Assembly: GCF_902652985.1 (NCBI RefSeq)
Contig: NC_047016.1
Location: forward strand, 20,708,001-20,772,000
Source: Pecten maximus
Lineage: Eukaryota
DNA: 64,000 nucleotides
Reading direction: 5' to 3'
This document shows positions 11,695 through 26,299 of the stretch, in pieces; within the stretch, counting starts at the first letter, position 1, and every line of letters starts with the position of its first letter. The notes beneath the pieces are model-generated. The model ran no database searches. It was not told where the DNA came from and saw nothing but the letters and a program-made list of their open reading frames with translations. The position numbers and the translations under genes are program-made.

Positions 11695-12775
11695 CTGTCA
11701 AACAAAACAGAAAAATGCTAAGAAAAAAAATATTAAATTGATAAACGAGTGTGAACATGAACAACAGAACAGCATATGTATCTGCTCGGGAAGCCCGATT
11801 AGAAAACAAGTAATACCAGTTATTTCGGACGAGAAAGCTGCTTCATCGACGACGGGCCGCTATGAAAATATCGGTCGAATCAATCTTAAAAGGAGAATCA
11901 AACAAAACAAGAAATTAGCTAAAATCAAACAAAATTCATAACTTTTAATTTTATAAACGATGGATATTTTTTATAATATCAGAAAATAGCATGGGACAGT
12001 GTTTTATTTCATTGAGGTAATGAGAAAAGAAAATGAGATGTATCTACCCATCTATACTGGAGCAGATTTTCTGACAAAAATAGTCTACGAAATGTCACCG
12101 GTATATATGGGGGATTACTATTTTACAACACTTTGCTTAGTCTTGTATATCGTCCAAGATTTTGTTAGCATACCCGAGCCTCTGATGGTTCCCCTTTCGT
12201 GTTCAACTTGCTTTTATACTGGGCTTGATTCGGCAAAACAATTTTAGTAATTAATACCTTGTCTAATCCTTCTATTTCCTTTTAAGACTCACTTAAAAAG
12301 AGCTGTATCTAAGCAAAGACAAAAATAAATTCATTGAAAATGTCGATTGGATACACCCTTAATACATCAAACCTATGCGACTGTAAACATTTATATATCC
12401 GCTACTATATATATATTTCAACTAAGAACATAGTTTTAATAACCAACAAGGAACCCATTGAACTGTAGGATTAACGTGATAAGTTCCATTTCATATTGAG
12501 AATTTGCTCTTTTTTCGGTAATATATCTCCTTCAAAGTGGGATGTTGACATGTCACAGCCTAATTCACCTTTATTTAATTGTTGAGTTTTGTAATATATT
12601 GTACAAAATGAAGTTATGTCTAGTTGTTATAACCACTGCGGTAACGTGACGCTATGCTGACCTCTATTTGTACATGGCTGCTATCGCCAGGGACTTAAGT
12701 GTTGCCCGATTAAATGAAATATCATACAGCATATCCAATATAAAATGGTTTCATTAATGCCTAAGGTATACTCAC

Positions 12776-12827
12776 AGATATAACCCCACATGATGAACCT
12801 CGTAAATAGCCCGACATTGACGTCCAT
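12776..12827 (-). CDS. Microprotein gene copy A, first coding exon: MDVNVGLFTRFIMWGYI
   Basis: ATG in actATGG context, donor gtgagt in phase 1, upstream acceptor ttttgtttccag at 12860. Joins the next exon to give a signal-peptide-like N-terminus. Confidence 0.75.
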
Positions 12828-13635
12828 AGTAACCGGAACAAGTAGAAAGTGATGATGTTCTGGAAACAAAAACAAAAGAATGTATTTCAAATCAAGCAAA
12901 TAATAATCACTAGGATATCGGAGTCTTGCTCAGTACAAAATACGTTATATTCGTTAAGAATATACACTTCAAACATGTTAATGAAATATAATGGTTTTGC
13001 ATTTAGCTACGTTGAGGACAATTTATGCATTGTGAAATCGATGCACCACAAACCCTAACAACTGACTAAAATGTCTTACAATAATATGAAATGTTCATAC
13101 AAAAACGATACTAGATGTTAACATCTTTCCAATGAATTAAACTATACCATACAGCTGTTTCGTCCTTGTAGGACTCGTCGGTGATACATAGGGTCCAAAG
13201 TGACCATACTTGCTAACTGAGTGCGGAACTCAAAACATGGTCGAAAGAAGTGATGATTTCTCCCACAATGGAAATGATGGAATTGTATTACATCAACAAG
13301 CGATAACTTATTTGCGCTGGTAAAATGGAAAACGGGCAATTTCCGTTATCAGATGGTTATTTGACCCCGCAAATAACTTCACTACTAAATGCTCAATTTG
13401 CTTTGCGCATTGTCACCGCAACGAAGTATTATTAAAAAGTATTCGATTCTATTTGTTCACTACGGTAAACTAATTTGTTATCATCATTGTTATAATTATT
13501 ATGATTTCAAGGTAAAATGAATGTTATTAAAGGAAGAATTTGAATCATTATCAAATGACAAATGACATATTTCTAATGCCAAACATTAAATCACACGAAA
13601 CAATAAATCGTATGATGTCACTGATTCTCAGTCAG

Positions 13636-15520
13636 CCAATGTTTAACATAGTGTGGTTTTTACCTTCAATGTTTAACATACAGTGTGGTTTTTACCAGCC
13701 AGTAATTAACATAAAGTCTGGTTTTACCACCAATGTATCACATACAGCCACCTGGTTTTTACCAGTCAATGATTCACATACAGCCTGGTTTTTACCACCA
13801 ATGGTTAACATACAGTATGGTTTTTACCACAATGTATCACATACCGCCGCATGGTTTTTAGCAGTCAATGTTTAACATACAGCCTGGTTTTTACCAGTCA
13901 ATGTTTCACATACAGCCTGGTTTTACCACCAATGTTTAACATACAGCCTTGGTTTTACCACCAATGTTTAACAAACTGCCTTGGTTTTACCACCAATGTT
14001 TAACATACAGCATGACTTTTACCACCAATATTTAACATACAGCATGGCTTTTACCACCAATGTTTAACATAAAGCATGGCTTTTACCACCAATTTTTAAC
14101 ATACAGCCTGGTTTTTAGCAGTAAATGTTTACCATACAGCCTGGTTTTTAGCAGTCAATGTTTAACATACAGCCTGGATTTTACCACCAATGTTTAACAT
14201 ACAGCCTGGTTTTTACCCCTCAATGTTTCATATACAGCCTTGTTTTTACCGGTCAATGTTTCATATACAGCCTGGTTTTTACCGGTCAATGTTTAACATA
14301 CAGCCTGGTTTTTACCCCAATGGTAAACATACAATCTGGTTTTTACCGGTCAATGTTTCATATACAGCATGGCTTTTACCACCAATGTTTAATATACAGC
14401 CTGGTTTTTACCGGTCAATGTTTAACATACAGCCTGGTTTTTACCACCAATGTTTAACATACAGCATGACTTTTACCACCAATATTTAACATACAGCATG
14501 GCTTTTACCACCAATTTTTAACATACAGCCTGGTTTTTAGCAGTAAATGTTTACCATACAGCCTGGTTTTTAGCAGTCAATGTTTAACATACAGCCTGGA
14601 TTTTACCGCCAATGTTTAACATACAGCCTGGTTTTTACCCCTCAATGTTTCATATACAGCCTTGTTTTTACCGGTCAATGTTTAACATACAGCCTGGTTT
14701 TTACCGGTCAATGTTTAACATACAGCCTGGTTTTTACCGGTCAATGTTTAACATACAGCCTGGTTTTTACCACTAATGTTTAACATACAGCCTGGTTTTT
14801 ACCGGTCAATGTTTAACATACAGCCTGGCTTTTACCACCAATGTTTAACATACAGCCTGGTTTGTAGCAGTAAATGTTTTCCATACAGCCTGGTTTTTAG
14901 CAGTCAATGTTTAACATACAGCATGGCTTTTACCGGTCAATGTTTCATATACAGTATGGCTTTTACCACCAATGTTTAACATACAGTATGGCTTTTACCA
15001 CCAATGTTTAACATACAGTATGGCTTTTACCACCAATGTTTAACATACAGTATGGCTTTTACCACCAATGTTTAACATACAGTATGGCTTTTACCACCAA
15101 TGTTTAATATACAGCATGGCTTTTACTACCAATGTTTAACATACAGCCTGGTTTTTACCGGTCAATGTTTCATATACAGCCTGGTTTTTACCCCTCAATG
15201 TTTAACATACAGCCTGGTTTTTACCACCAATGTTTCATATACAGCCTGGTTTTTACCACCAATGTTTAACATACAGCCTGGTTTTTACCGGTCAATGTTT
15301 CATATACAGCCTGGTTTTTACCGGTCAATGTTTAACATACAGCATGGCTTTTACCGGTCAATGTTTAACATACAGCATGGCTTTTACCGGTCAATGTTTA
15401 ACATACAGCCTGGTTTTTACCGGTCAATGTTTAACATACAGCATGGCTTTTACCACCAATGGTAGACATACAATCTGGTTTTAACCAGCTAGTATTTAAA
15501 ACTCAGTCTGGTTTTAAACA
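13636..15520. repeat. 32-33 bp satellite (caatgtttaacatacagcctggtttttaccac), copy A
   Basis: Direct tandem repeats; source of the MFNIQPGFY ORFs. Confidence 0.97.
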
Positions 15521-17807
15521 CAGATTTCATGTCATGATACAACACATTTACATGTATAAGCATGGTCAAGCAGCGGTAAATTGATTACATCAGAACTAAC
15601 TCGTATTTCATCAAGGCCTCCAATAAAAACACATTTATGTCCAATACTTAAAAGAAAATCCATCAAAGGATCCCGTTAGAGTGCTGAAAAGGATGTAAAA
15701 AAGTAACGGTGACCTGCACCTTGACTCGGCAACCTCGAAAATATCATGTTCTTTTGTAATTGGTTGAAGTTTGATGATGAAAATTCCTTAATCCCTAATG
15801 AATAAAGCCGCTAGAACGTTAACAAAGTTTGGAGTTACGTCCATACAAGACGGTCTGAGAGGATCTAGCATGGTCTCCGATAAAAGTACATACACGAATT
15901 AAGGAAATAGGACACTACATAGTTTCTACATAAAAAAATAATGCTTTGATATTTATAAATACTAATGTTAATACAATTATTCCTTTAGGTTCCGCAGCAA
16001 GGCGCAATTGAATTTTCCATGGTTTTGGGAGGCATTGCCAGCTAGGTCTGTTTAATGCGCCATCACTCTATCGTAGTTATCCTCTTACAAAAAGGATTAA
16101 AATTAACACACTTGGCTATAAAACAGCAATAAGATAAACTACAATAAAGCAATATATTAATAGTAAGCAATAGTGTTAAAAATGAAAAATGTAAAAGCAT
16201 CCAGGCGGGGTTATGAAATGAAAAGAAAACGAAATAACCCTTGTTTGCAGATATTACATCGACAGATCATGACATTAGTGACCAAGCATCCTGATCTATC
16301 TAAAGTTTTCAACTCTTCGGATGGGAGACTGTTCAATACCCGAAACGCATCAAAAGAATATAACTTTTGGCAATAATTAAGGTTTTGTATATATTCATGT
16401 GATACCTTATCAATTATTTTTTAAAACATCAAACGCTATTCCCGTCAAACGCTTTACATGCAATCTGTAGAATTAAGCAATTCTCAGATTGATTGACTGT
16501 GGTTGTTGACGTCAAGCAGGTCCAGCTGCAACCTCCCCCCCCCCCCTTTAAAAACAAAAGAAAAAAAAAACCCAAATCCCCCCCAAAAAACATGCAAACA
16601 AACAAATTAATCAAATTTGCAGTCACATCAGAACATGTTAGGGATTTTCGAATACATGTACCTGATAATGGAGTTTGATACCTATATGTGCATGTTTGGG
16701 CATTAGAGGTTATCTACTCGGTTAATAAAGTTATATTAATAGTGTGATAAGAACGATACTAATGATAATTGCAAACTCAATAATGATTATAAAAGTTTTA
16801 CAGATTTCACACTTCGCGATGTTTACTCTGTCGTTCAATTTCGCTCAAGTCAAAGAGGTCCCGTGCAACTTTTTCAAGTGTCCATTGTTCCTCGTTGTAT
16901 AAACCATTGTAGATATTCCGTTAGTTTATTTTAACTGGCGAACCTTTTGTGTCATCCCATTTCGTCAACCAGAGATTGCGACAAGACGCCCTATCTGTGT
17001 ATACTTCACTTGTTGCCTAGCCCGCGCCAAACACAATTGTAAAAAAATCTCCGCCTTCCTATCAAAGTCGTTAATACTATTTTAAATGCTTGTTGTAGAA
17101 ACCTGTTTATGCAATGCATTAAAGGTATGTAGTAGATAACTAAAACTGCACTTTGAAATATTAAAATTGTTATCTATTATCTTTTAAATAGCTTTAAACT
17201 ATTTTCCCCTTCATTTCAGCGTTTCTCCGGCATAAATCATTTTAAGATAGGTCAAACGATACGATTTTATAGATATTAGGCATATCATTTCCTATTCTTA
17301 AAAAGGTAATTATGTAACAATAAGCATTTAAGTGTCAGGTAAAAACTAGTATAAACGATACATAGGTGATTTGCTAGTTTATTAACATACCTAACTTTTA
17401 GACGCTTTTATTTCAGAATATTTTATTGTATTGAATTAACGCAAAGACAGACTTAAACAACGCCACTCCACACTGACGATTATCAGTAACCATTACACAA
17501 TCAGAGCACCTGTACTTTAATCAAATGGATAGAAAAGGAATTAATATAAGTGTATAGTTTGTTTTCAGATCTTACTGATAGATGTAAGTGTATTGTGATG
17601 TAGTATAAGGGTATTTTGTATCTGGTTTAATATAATGATATCAAAGTCAACATAACCGGTGCCATGCTGTCTTACCATGAGATATTTCTCCTTTACCATG
17701 TTTACCGTAATGTCATGTTTAAATATGTTTTCCTAGTTATTATATATTTGTGCACGGTTGGTTTTTGATGTTTGTTATATTAAAGAATGATATAAATTGT
17801 TTAATAC

Positions 17808-18080
17808 CGTGACTCCTTTTACAAATATTGGATGTTGTGCAGTGACTCCCTAGACGAATATATGTTGTGTTTTTAAGTGACCCCGAAAACGAATATATTT
17901 TGTGCTATAAGGTGACTCCCAAAACGAATATATTTCGTGTTGTATGGTGTCTCCATGAACGAATATATTGGGTGTTATGCATTGACTTCTTGAAGGAATG
18001 TATTGTGTGACACTCGGAAGGCTCTTTGATGGAATGTAGTATGTGATCCGCTGGACTACCACAGGGACATATATGATTTG
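17808..18080. repeat. Degenerate 35-bp minisatellite (gtgactccc..aacgaatatat...), also at about 31307-31580
   Basis: About 7 diverged tandem units. Confidence 0.75.
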
Positions 18081-18684
18081 TCGATTGCAGCCATTGTAAC
18101 TGACTAAACATTTCAAATTGAATTGCGGGTATCATTACGTCTTAACATTTGCAATAAAACAGAATTAAATGTGTAGATTAAACACATGATAATTAATCAT
18201 CCCTGTCGTAAAACTACCCTTTTATCAGTGTTATAAAAATATCGACTTTTTACATTGCATATCAGTCTAATCAAAATAGGGTTTTCATTTTTTTTTTTCA
18301 TTTTTAAAACGCCAATGCGACGGTAAATGAGAAGATTCCCGACTCATTTCTTTAGCCTCATATGAAATTTGAACTGACATGGGCTTGTCTATATTCCAAG
18401 TAGCAACTAATACGAGGATATGAAAATCAGAAAATGTGTTAAAAAGCTTTAAATAATGAAGTAGAACACACCGACATAATATCGAATCCATCAATCTAAC
18501 TAAAAAAGAAGTTAAATCGAGGGCAAAATATAACAAAAAATACAAATTTGCACGGAGATCCCTGAAAGTGCCACAATGGAAAACAATTATAATAAAAAAG
18601 TAAGTATGCGTCGATTATAAATAACACATTTTGATTAAATAGGAATGAGGATTCTACATAAATAAAAACTAAATAAACACTTAC

Positions 18685-18750
18685 CCTGGTGTGTGTCTCA
18701 TTCAGTGCAGTTGCGGTATAGACAGCATTTTCAACGAAATGCTTTATATA
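18685..18750 (-). promoter_or_regulatory. Putative TATA box (TATATAAA, 18750-18743) and short first exon ending in CAGG/GTAAGT; candidate 5' end of microprotein gene A
   Basis: TATA about 65 nt upstream of a consensus donor at 18684, on the same strand as the downstream acceptor at 12860. Confidence 0.5.
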
Positions 18751-20074
18751 CTTGTAACCATAGTTTCATAGACCACGTGGGGAAATTTTAGAAGCAAATA
18801 TTATGTTCGACGTTTAAAATCACATTTATCATCGTCTAATATTTCATTTCTAAAATTAATCGACAAAACAAAGCCAAATAAGAAAAAATAATCAGAAAAA
18901 GTAAAAAAAAAAAACCCACTCCTACTTATATAGCATAGTTGGAGTGTACATTGGGTTAGATTACCCAGAAACACTGGAAGCGGAAGTTTATTTTCTAGGA
19001 AGAGGAGGGGAATTCCCCTTTTGTGATTTTGTACCATGTTTTCCAATTTTACTGAATTCATTATACGTGAAATAAATTCATCATATCACTGTTGCATTAT
19101 AACTACTCCGATCTGTACAAACCATCTTTAGTCTATCATAAAAGTCGATACAATTTTGGGTAAGTCATCATTTGGTTACAATAATGATGTGTAATATAGG
19201 GGGCATAGAAAGAGGGCATCAAAAATAAATGTGAGGTAAAACCTGGCTTATTTAGATAAGCTGATAAATTCATTTTCCAAACCACATTCACAGCATGTAA
19301 GCTCTGGAGCATGGTGTATATCATTACTCTATTCGTTTGGTGCACGAGACTTTTAAATCGAGAAATCGACAGTTAATGCAATGTGTTTGGATTTATATTG
19401 TTGATGCACTTAATTAAGAAGCTAATTTGCCTTCTCGTCTTCATACTAAAGCGTGGTTATATTTCTAATTGGTGGATTCCCACACTCGTCTCCCTATAAC
19501 CACTGACGCGTCGTTGACTCTGCTGAAACAGCTTTATACTATTCAAATGCACTAAATACTTATTGTGATTTCTAGAATCATTTCATATATTACTATTATA
19601 ATCAAGAGTAAGTGCTAAATACTGTTAAAACTGGACACAATGAGGTTGTGCTTTCTTTTGTTCTTAATTGTTCTTTCTCATTTTCTCAATTGTTAAATTG
19701 TTTAGAAAAAAGTACAAAAATATACATTTTGGTAATATTTATATATCATAGTACCACCCCTTCTATCACACAAGTTCTATAATCCCAGATGTTTGTACAG
19801 TTATAAGTTTAGCTAGGTATCTCCTCCGAGACTTGTCAACACTTCAGTAGCATTATCAATTCATGACGGAATAACTTATAAAGGAGTTTTAAGGGCCTAA
19901 TTAGGATTCCCGATGATGTTTTCCTGTATAAGGGCATTAAGAGATAAATCGAAGACACGGCCAAATTTCATACACTTTGGAAACTCCTGCATTCAAAGAT
20001 TAAAATGTAATTGACTGATTTCCTATAAGACACACACTTATTTCAATACCAAACACTTCATATAGTGATATATG

Positions 20075-23000
20075 TATATCAGTATACCGCCAGTAATTTA
20101 CGCAAGATATCAGCATAACTTCAATGATTTATGTAGAATATCAGTATATCTCCACTGACTTACGTAAGGTATCAGTATACCTCCAGTGATTTATGTAGGA
20201 TATCAATATACCTCCAATGATTTACGTAAGGTATCAGTATACCTCCATTAACTTATGTAGGATATCAGTATACCTCCAGTAATGTATGTAGGATATCAGT
20301 ATACCTCCAGTAATTTATGTAGGGTATCAGTATACCTCCAGTGATTGATGTAGGATATCAGTATACCTCCAGTGATTTATGTAGGATATCAGTATACCTC
20401 CAGTGATTGATGTAGGGCATCAGTATACCTCCAGTGATTGATGTAGGGCATCAGTATACCTACAGTGATTTATGTAGGGTATCAGTATACCTCCAGTGAT
20501 TGATGTAGGGTATCAGTATAACTCCAGTGATTGATGTAGGGTATCAGTATACCTCCAGTGATTTATGTAGTATAACAGTATGCCTCCAGTAATTTATGTA
20601 GGGCAACAGTATAACTCCAGTGATATATGTAGGGTACCAGTATATCTCCAATAATTTACGTAGACAATCAGTATACATACAGTGATTTACGTAGGATAAC
20701 AATATACCTTCATTGATATACGGAATTGGTGAGTATACCTCCATTGATTTGTGTAGGAGTTCCGTATACCTCCACTGATTTATGTATGATATCAGTATAC
20801 CTCCAGTGATTGATGTATGGTATCAGTATACCTCCAGTGATTGATGTAGGGTATCAGTATACCTCCAGTGATTGATGTAGGGTATCATTATACCTCCCGT
20901 AATTTATGTAGGATATTTGTATAACTCCCGTGAGTTATGTTGGATAATATTATACCTCCAGTGATTGATGTAGGGTATCAGTATACCTCCAGTAATTAAT
21001 GTAGGATAACAGTATAACTCCAGTGATTTATGTTGGGTATCAGTATACCTCCAGTGATTTATGTAGGATATCAGTATACCTCCAGTAATTTATGTAGGAT
21101 AACAGTATACCTCCAGTGATTTATGTTGGGTATCAGTATACCTCCAGTGATTTATGTAGGATATCAGTATACCTCCATTGATTTATGTTGGGTATCAGTA
21201 TACATCCAGGGATTTATGTAGGATAACAGTATACCTTTAGTGATTTATGTAGGATAACAGTATATCTCCAGTGATTTATGTAGTATAACAGTATACCTCC
21301 AATGATTTATGTAGGATAACACTATACCTCCAGTGATTGATGTAGGATAACATAATACCTCCAGTGATTTATGTAGGATATCAGTATACCGCCAGTAATT
21401 TATGAATGATATGAATATACCTCTAGTAATTTATGAAGGTGGTCAGTACACCTCCAGTGATTTATGTAGTATAACAGTATACCTCCAGTAATTTATGTAG
21501 GACAACAGTATAACTCCAGTGATATATGTAGGGTACCAGTATATCTCCAATAATTTACGTAGACAATCAGTATACATACAGTGATTTACGTAGGATAACA
21601 ATATACCTTAATTGATATACGGAATTGGTGAGTATACCTCCATTGATTTGTGTAGGAGTTCCGTATACCTCCACTGATTTATGTATGATATCAGTATACC
21701 TCCAGTGATTGATGTAGGGTATCAGTATACCTCCAGTGATTGATGTAGGGTATCAGTATACCTCCAGTGATTGATGTAGGATAACAGTATACCTCCAGTG
21801 ATTGATGTAGGATAACAGTATACTTCCAGTGATTGATGTAGGGTATTAGTATACCTCCAGTAATTTATGTAGGATAACAGTATACCTCCAGTGATTTATG
21901 TTGGGTATCAGTATACCTCCAGTGATTTATGTAGGATAACAGTATACCTCCATTGATTTATGTAGGATAACAGTATATCTCCAGTGATTTATGTAGTATA
22001 ACAGTATACCTCCAATGATTTATGTAGGATAACAGTATACCTCCAGTGATTTATGTTGGGTATCAGTATACCTCCAGTGATGTATGTAGGATAACAGCAT
22101 ACCACCAGTAATTTATGTAGGATAACAGTATACCTCCATTGATTTATGTAGGATAACAGTATATCTCCAGTGATTTATGTAGTATAACAGTATACCTCCA
22201 ATGATTTATGTAGGATAACAGTATACCTCCAGTGATTGATGTAGGATATCAGTATACCTCAAGTAATTTATATAGGATAACAGTATACCTCCAGTGATTT
22301 ATGTTGGGTATCAGTATACCTCCAGTGATGTATGTAGGATAACAGTATACCTCCAGTAATTTATGTAGGATAACAGTATACCTCCAGTGATTTATGTAGG
22401 ATAACAGTATATCTCCAGTGATTTATGTAGTATAACAGTATACCCCCAATGATTTATGTAGGATAACAGTATACCTCCAGTGATTTATGTAGGATAACAG
22501 TATACCTCCAGTGATTGATGTAGGATATCAGTAAACCTCCAGTAATTGATGAATGATATGAATATACCTCCAGTAATTCATGAAGGTGGTCAGTACACCT
22601 CTAGTAGTTTACGTAGGAAGTGAATATCAGCATATCTTTAGTGATTTATGTACGGTATCAGTATACCTCCAGTGATTTATGTAGTATAATAGTATACCTC
22701 CAGTAATTTATGTAGGATAACCGTATAACTCGAGTGATATATGTAGGGTACCAGTATATCTCCAATAATTTACGTAGACTATCAGTATACGTACAGTGAT
22801 TTACGTAAGAAAACAATATACCTTAATTGATTGATGGAATTGGTGAGTATACCTCCATTGATTTGTGTAGGAGTTCCGTATACCTCCACTGATTTATGTA
22901 TGATATCAGTATACCTCCAGTGATTGATGTATGGTATCAGTATACCTCCAGTGATTTATGTAGGGTATCAGTATACCTCCAGTGATTGATGTAGGATATC

Positions 23001-23330
23001 AGTATACCTGCAGTAATTTATGTAGGATAACAGTATACCTCCAGTGATTTATGTAGGATAACAGTATATCTCCAGTGATTTATGTAGTATAACAGTATAC
23101 CTTCAATGATTTATGTAGGATAACAGTATACCTCCAGTGATTTATGTAGGATATCAGTAAACCTCCAGTAATTTATGAATGATATGAATATACCTCCAGT
23201 AATTTATGAAGGTGGTCAGTACACCTCTAGTAGTTTACGTAGGAAGTGAATATCAGCATATCTTTAGTGATTTATGTAGGATATACCTCCAGTAACTTAT
23301 GTAGGATATCAACATACTTTGAGTGATTTA
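20075..23330. repeat. 31-bp satellite array 2 (about 100 units) at the duplication junction, with higher-order blocks
   Basis: Direct tandem repeats; a diverged multi-unit block containing ggagttccgtatacc recurs near 20756, 21655 and 22870. Confidence 0.97.
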
Positions 23331-24328
23331 TTTATACAGATTAAGAAAATTTCCATGCTTGGGTTTGTAATCATTATCACAAAATACTAGCGACGATATA
23401 GCTTTAACTACTAGTAAAAGGGAAGTAACTCTTCTAAGTAAGTAGATAAAAAGATTAAACACGTGCAGTTCTCTTGAAATCAAACTAATTTGTATATAAC
23501 AAAACACTATATCAAACGATATCGATTGACACTGATGAATTTTAGATTATTTGTTTTCATAACTATATATAGACTGTATCTAAAACATAGTTATGTTATG
23601 TATAATAAGTATCCTTTTCAGTGTTTGGTGCCGGGATCATAGTCTGGAAAGGGCATTATCTCATTATATATCTAATCATGAAAGACATTGCCACAATTAT
23701 ATACACTCAGTGATCTGAAATATTAAAGATTCTACATCGCCAAATACACTGCTTCTCCCAAAAATGACACCCGTTGTATCGAAATGTATCTAACCAACAC
23801 CAACAAACTGAAAAATTGATTACTGACTCCTCATATTCATCGCTTATAAGACCTAAAGTTAAATCCAAAACATATAGGTGAAGCATGATGGATTTAATTA
23901 TTTATCCATTCAAAACAAAAAGGTAAAAGGAAAACTTAATTTAGGAGGGTGCTGATAGTGTAAAGTTTTTAACTATTGGTATTTGTATGTTCAGTCGGTC
24001 ATCATTATACTTTATCGAACATGTAGCATCTTTAAAGATATGTGTAGTCCCTGTCGTACTTGTTGGTGTCAAATGTATTTCATTCACAACAATACTTAAC
24101 GCAACAATAAACTGTCAACAATAAGCATTGTATTCATCCTTGTCCCAAAAGATACAACATCAGTGAAGTATTCGCATTCCAGATCTCCAATACATTCCTT
24201 ACACATAGAAAGGTAGGATATCATAGAATGTATTTTGAAATCATGTTACATTAAAAAGAATTAGAAAACATCCGGAATTTAATAATATAATTTTTGATAA
24301 GTTTTCATTTTGTATCTACTCTATATCA

Positions 24329-24429
24329 TTATTTGCAGCAGAAGTAGTAGATGCAACACAGGACGATTATACCCGAAAATCCTCCTCCTCCGCCAAGGGC
24401 TATGAACAATGTGGAATGCGAGGACGAAT
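24329..24429 (-). CDS. Microprotein gene copy B, terminal TM exon
   Basis: Same sequence as 10852-10952. Confidence 0.8.
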
Positions 24430-24770
24430 CTGAAACAAAAATGAAACATTAAGTTTTCTTTAGGAAATATGTTTTCATCCACTTCAAAGGCTAACGAGTT
24501 ACTGTTTAAATAATAATTCTTGAATTTAGATTGATCTTTTATATAAAATGATAATGACATAGTTGTGAAAACACATTAAATACCTTCCAAAATAAGTAAG
24601 CATATAATTGTTCATTTTGAACAATTTAACTTTACATTCCTATTGATTTCCTTAAAAAAGACGAACCGTTCTCTAATTCCCAATTTTTGTTTAAAGATAT
24701 TAATATCTTAAATGTTTTTTAATAATACATTGAGATTGCAGGTAACAAAAACAGCTGCTTAACTACCTAC

Positions 24771-24896
24771 CCACAATAGAACCACTACATACAATAGAAC
24801 CACTACCTACTGTAGAACCACTACCTACAGTAGAACCACTACCTACAAGAGAGCCACTACCTACAATAGAACCACTACCTACTGTAGAACCACTTC
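24771..24896 (-). CDS. Possible optional (GSGSxV)7 exon, copy B
   Basis: Same sequence as 11291-11416. Confidence 0.45.
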
Positions 24897-25112
24897 CTAC
24901 AATAGAACTACTACACACAGTATAAGCCCTACATACAGCAGAAAGAAGAACTTAACAATACAAATATCAATAGTTTATGCAAGTATTGAATGTTTTTTTA
25001 GCACAATAAGCCAAGCTATCAGTCAAGGATTTTAAGCAAGAAACCAACCAGAATATGAGTTCATTAGATGACTAATCACGATAAAAACTGCGTGTTAGTC
25101 TCGTCAACTTAC

Positions 25113-25172
25113 CCTCATTCTCTGGCGTTGAATCATACTGGGACAACACTGGGTTTACTAGCAATGTCAGAC
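25113..25172 (-). CDS. Microprotein gene copy B, internal exon
   Basis: Same sequence as 11635-11694 with intact splice sites. Confidence 0.8.
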
Positions 25173-26247
25173 CTGTCAAACAAAACAGAAAAATGCTAAG
25201 AAAAAAAAATTAAATTGATAAACGAGTGTGAACATGAACAACAGAACAGCATATGTATCTGCTCGGGAAGCCCTAAGAAAACAAGTAATACCAGTTATTT
25301 CGGACGAGAAAGCTGCTTCATCGACGACGGGCCGCTATGAAAATATCGGTCGAATCAATCTTAAAAGGAGAATCAAACAAAACAAGAAATTAGCTAAAAT
25401 CAAACAAAATTCATAACTTTTAATTTTATAAACGATGGATATTTTTTATAATATCAGAAAATAGCATGGGACAGTGTTTTATTTCATTGAGGTAATGAGA
25501 AAAGAAAATGAGATGTATCTACCCATCTATACTGGAGCAGATTTTCTGACAAAATTAGTCTACGAAATGTCACCGGTATATATGGGGGATTACTATTTTA
25601 CAACACTTTGCTTAGTCTTGTATATCGTCCAAGATTTTGTTAGCATACCCGAGCCTCTGATGGTTCCCCTTTCGTGTTCAACTTGTTTTTATACTGGGCT
25701 TGATTCGGCAAAACAATTTTAGTAATTAATACCTTGTCTAATCCTTCTATTTCCTTTTAAGACTCACTTAAAAAGAGCTGTATCTAAGCAAAGACAAAAA
25801 TAAATTCATTGAAAATGTCGATTGGATACACCCTTAATACATCAAAACTATGCGACTGTAAACATTTATTTATCCGCTACTATATATATATTTCAACTAA
25901 GAACATAGTTTTAATAACCAACAAGGAACCCATTGAACTGTAGGATTAACGTGATAAGTTCCATTTCATATTGATAATTTACTCTTTTTTCGGTAATATA
26001 TCTCCTTCAAAGTGGGATGTTGACATGTCACAGCCTAATTCACCTTTATTTAATTGTTGAGTTTTGTAATATATTGTACAAAATGAAGTTATGTCTAGTA
26101 ATAACCACTGCGGTAACGTGACGCTATGCTGACCTCTATTTGTACATGGCTGCTATCGCCAGGGACTTAAGTGTTGCCCGACTAAATGAAATATCATTCA
26201 GCATATCCAGTATAAAATGGTTTCATTAATGCCTAAGGTATACTCAC

Positions 26248-26299
26248 AGATATAACCCCACATGATGAGCCTCGTAAATAACCCGACATTGACGTCCAT
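26248..26299 (-). CDS. Microprotein gene copy B, first coding exon: MDVNVGLFTRLIMWGYI
   Basis: accATGG context. Differs from copy A by a synonymous CTA/TTA and a conservative F11L change; donor gtgagt intact. Confidence 0.75.

Larger units (their letters stand above)
9750..20160 (+). repeat. Segmental duplication copy A
   Basis: Near-identical and colinear with 23225-33636 (offset about 13.41-13.50 kb, e.g. 9841 = 23316, 11281 = 24761, 16173 = 29587). Confidence 0.97.

Noticed and set aside
13540-15484. MFNIQPGFY ORFs (also 27012-28897)
   Set aside because: Satellite translations with constant frame switching.
20075-23330. Possible CRISPR array (31-bp repeats); same question for 43802-44972
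   Set aside because: Repeats are head-to-tail with no unique spacers, no cas genes, and the context is eukaryotic.
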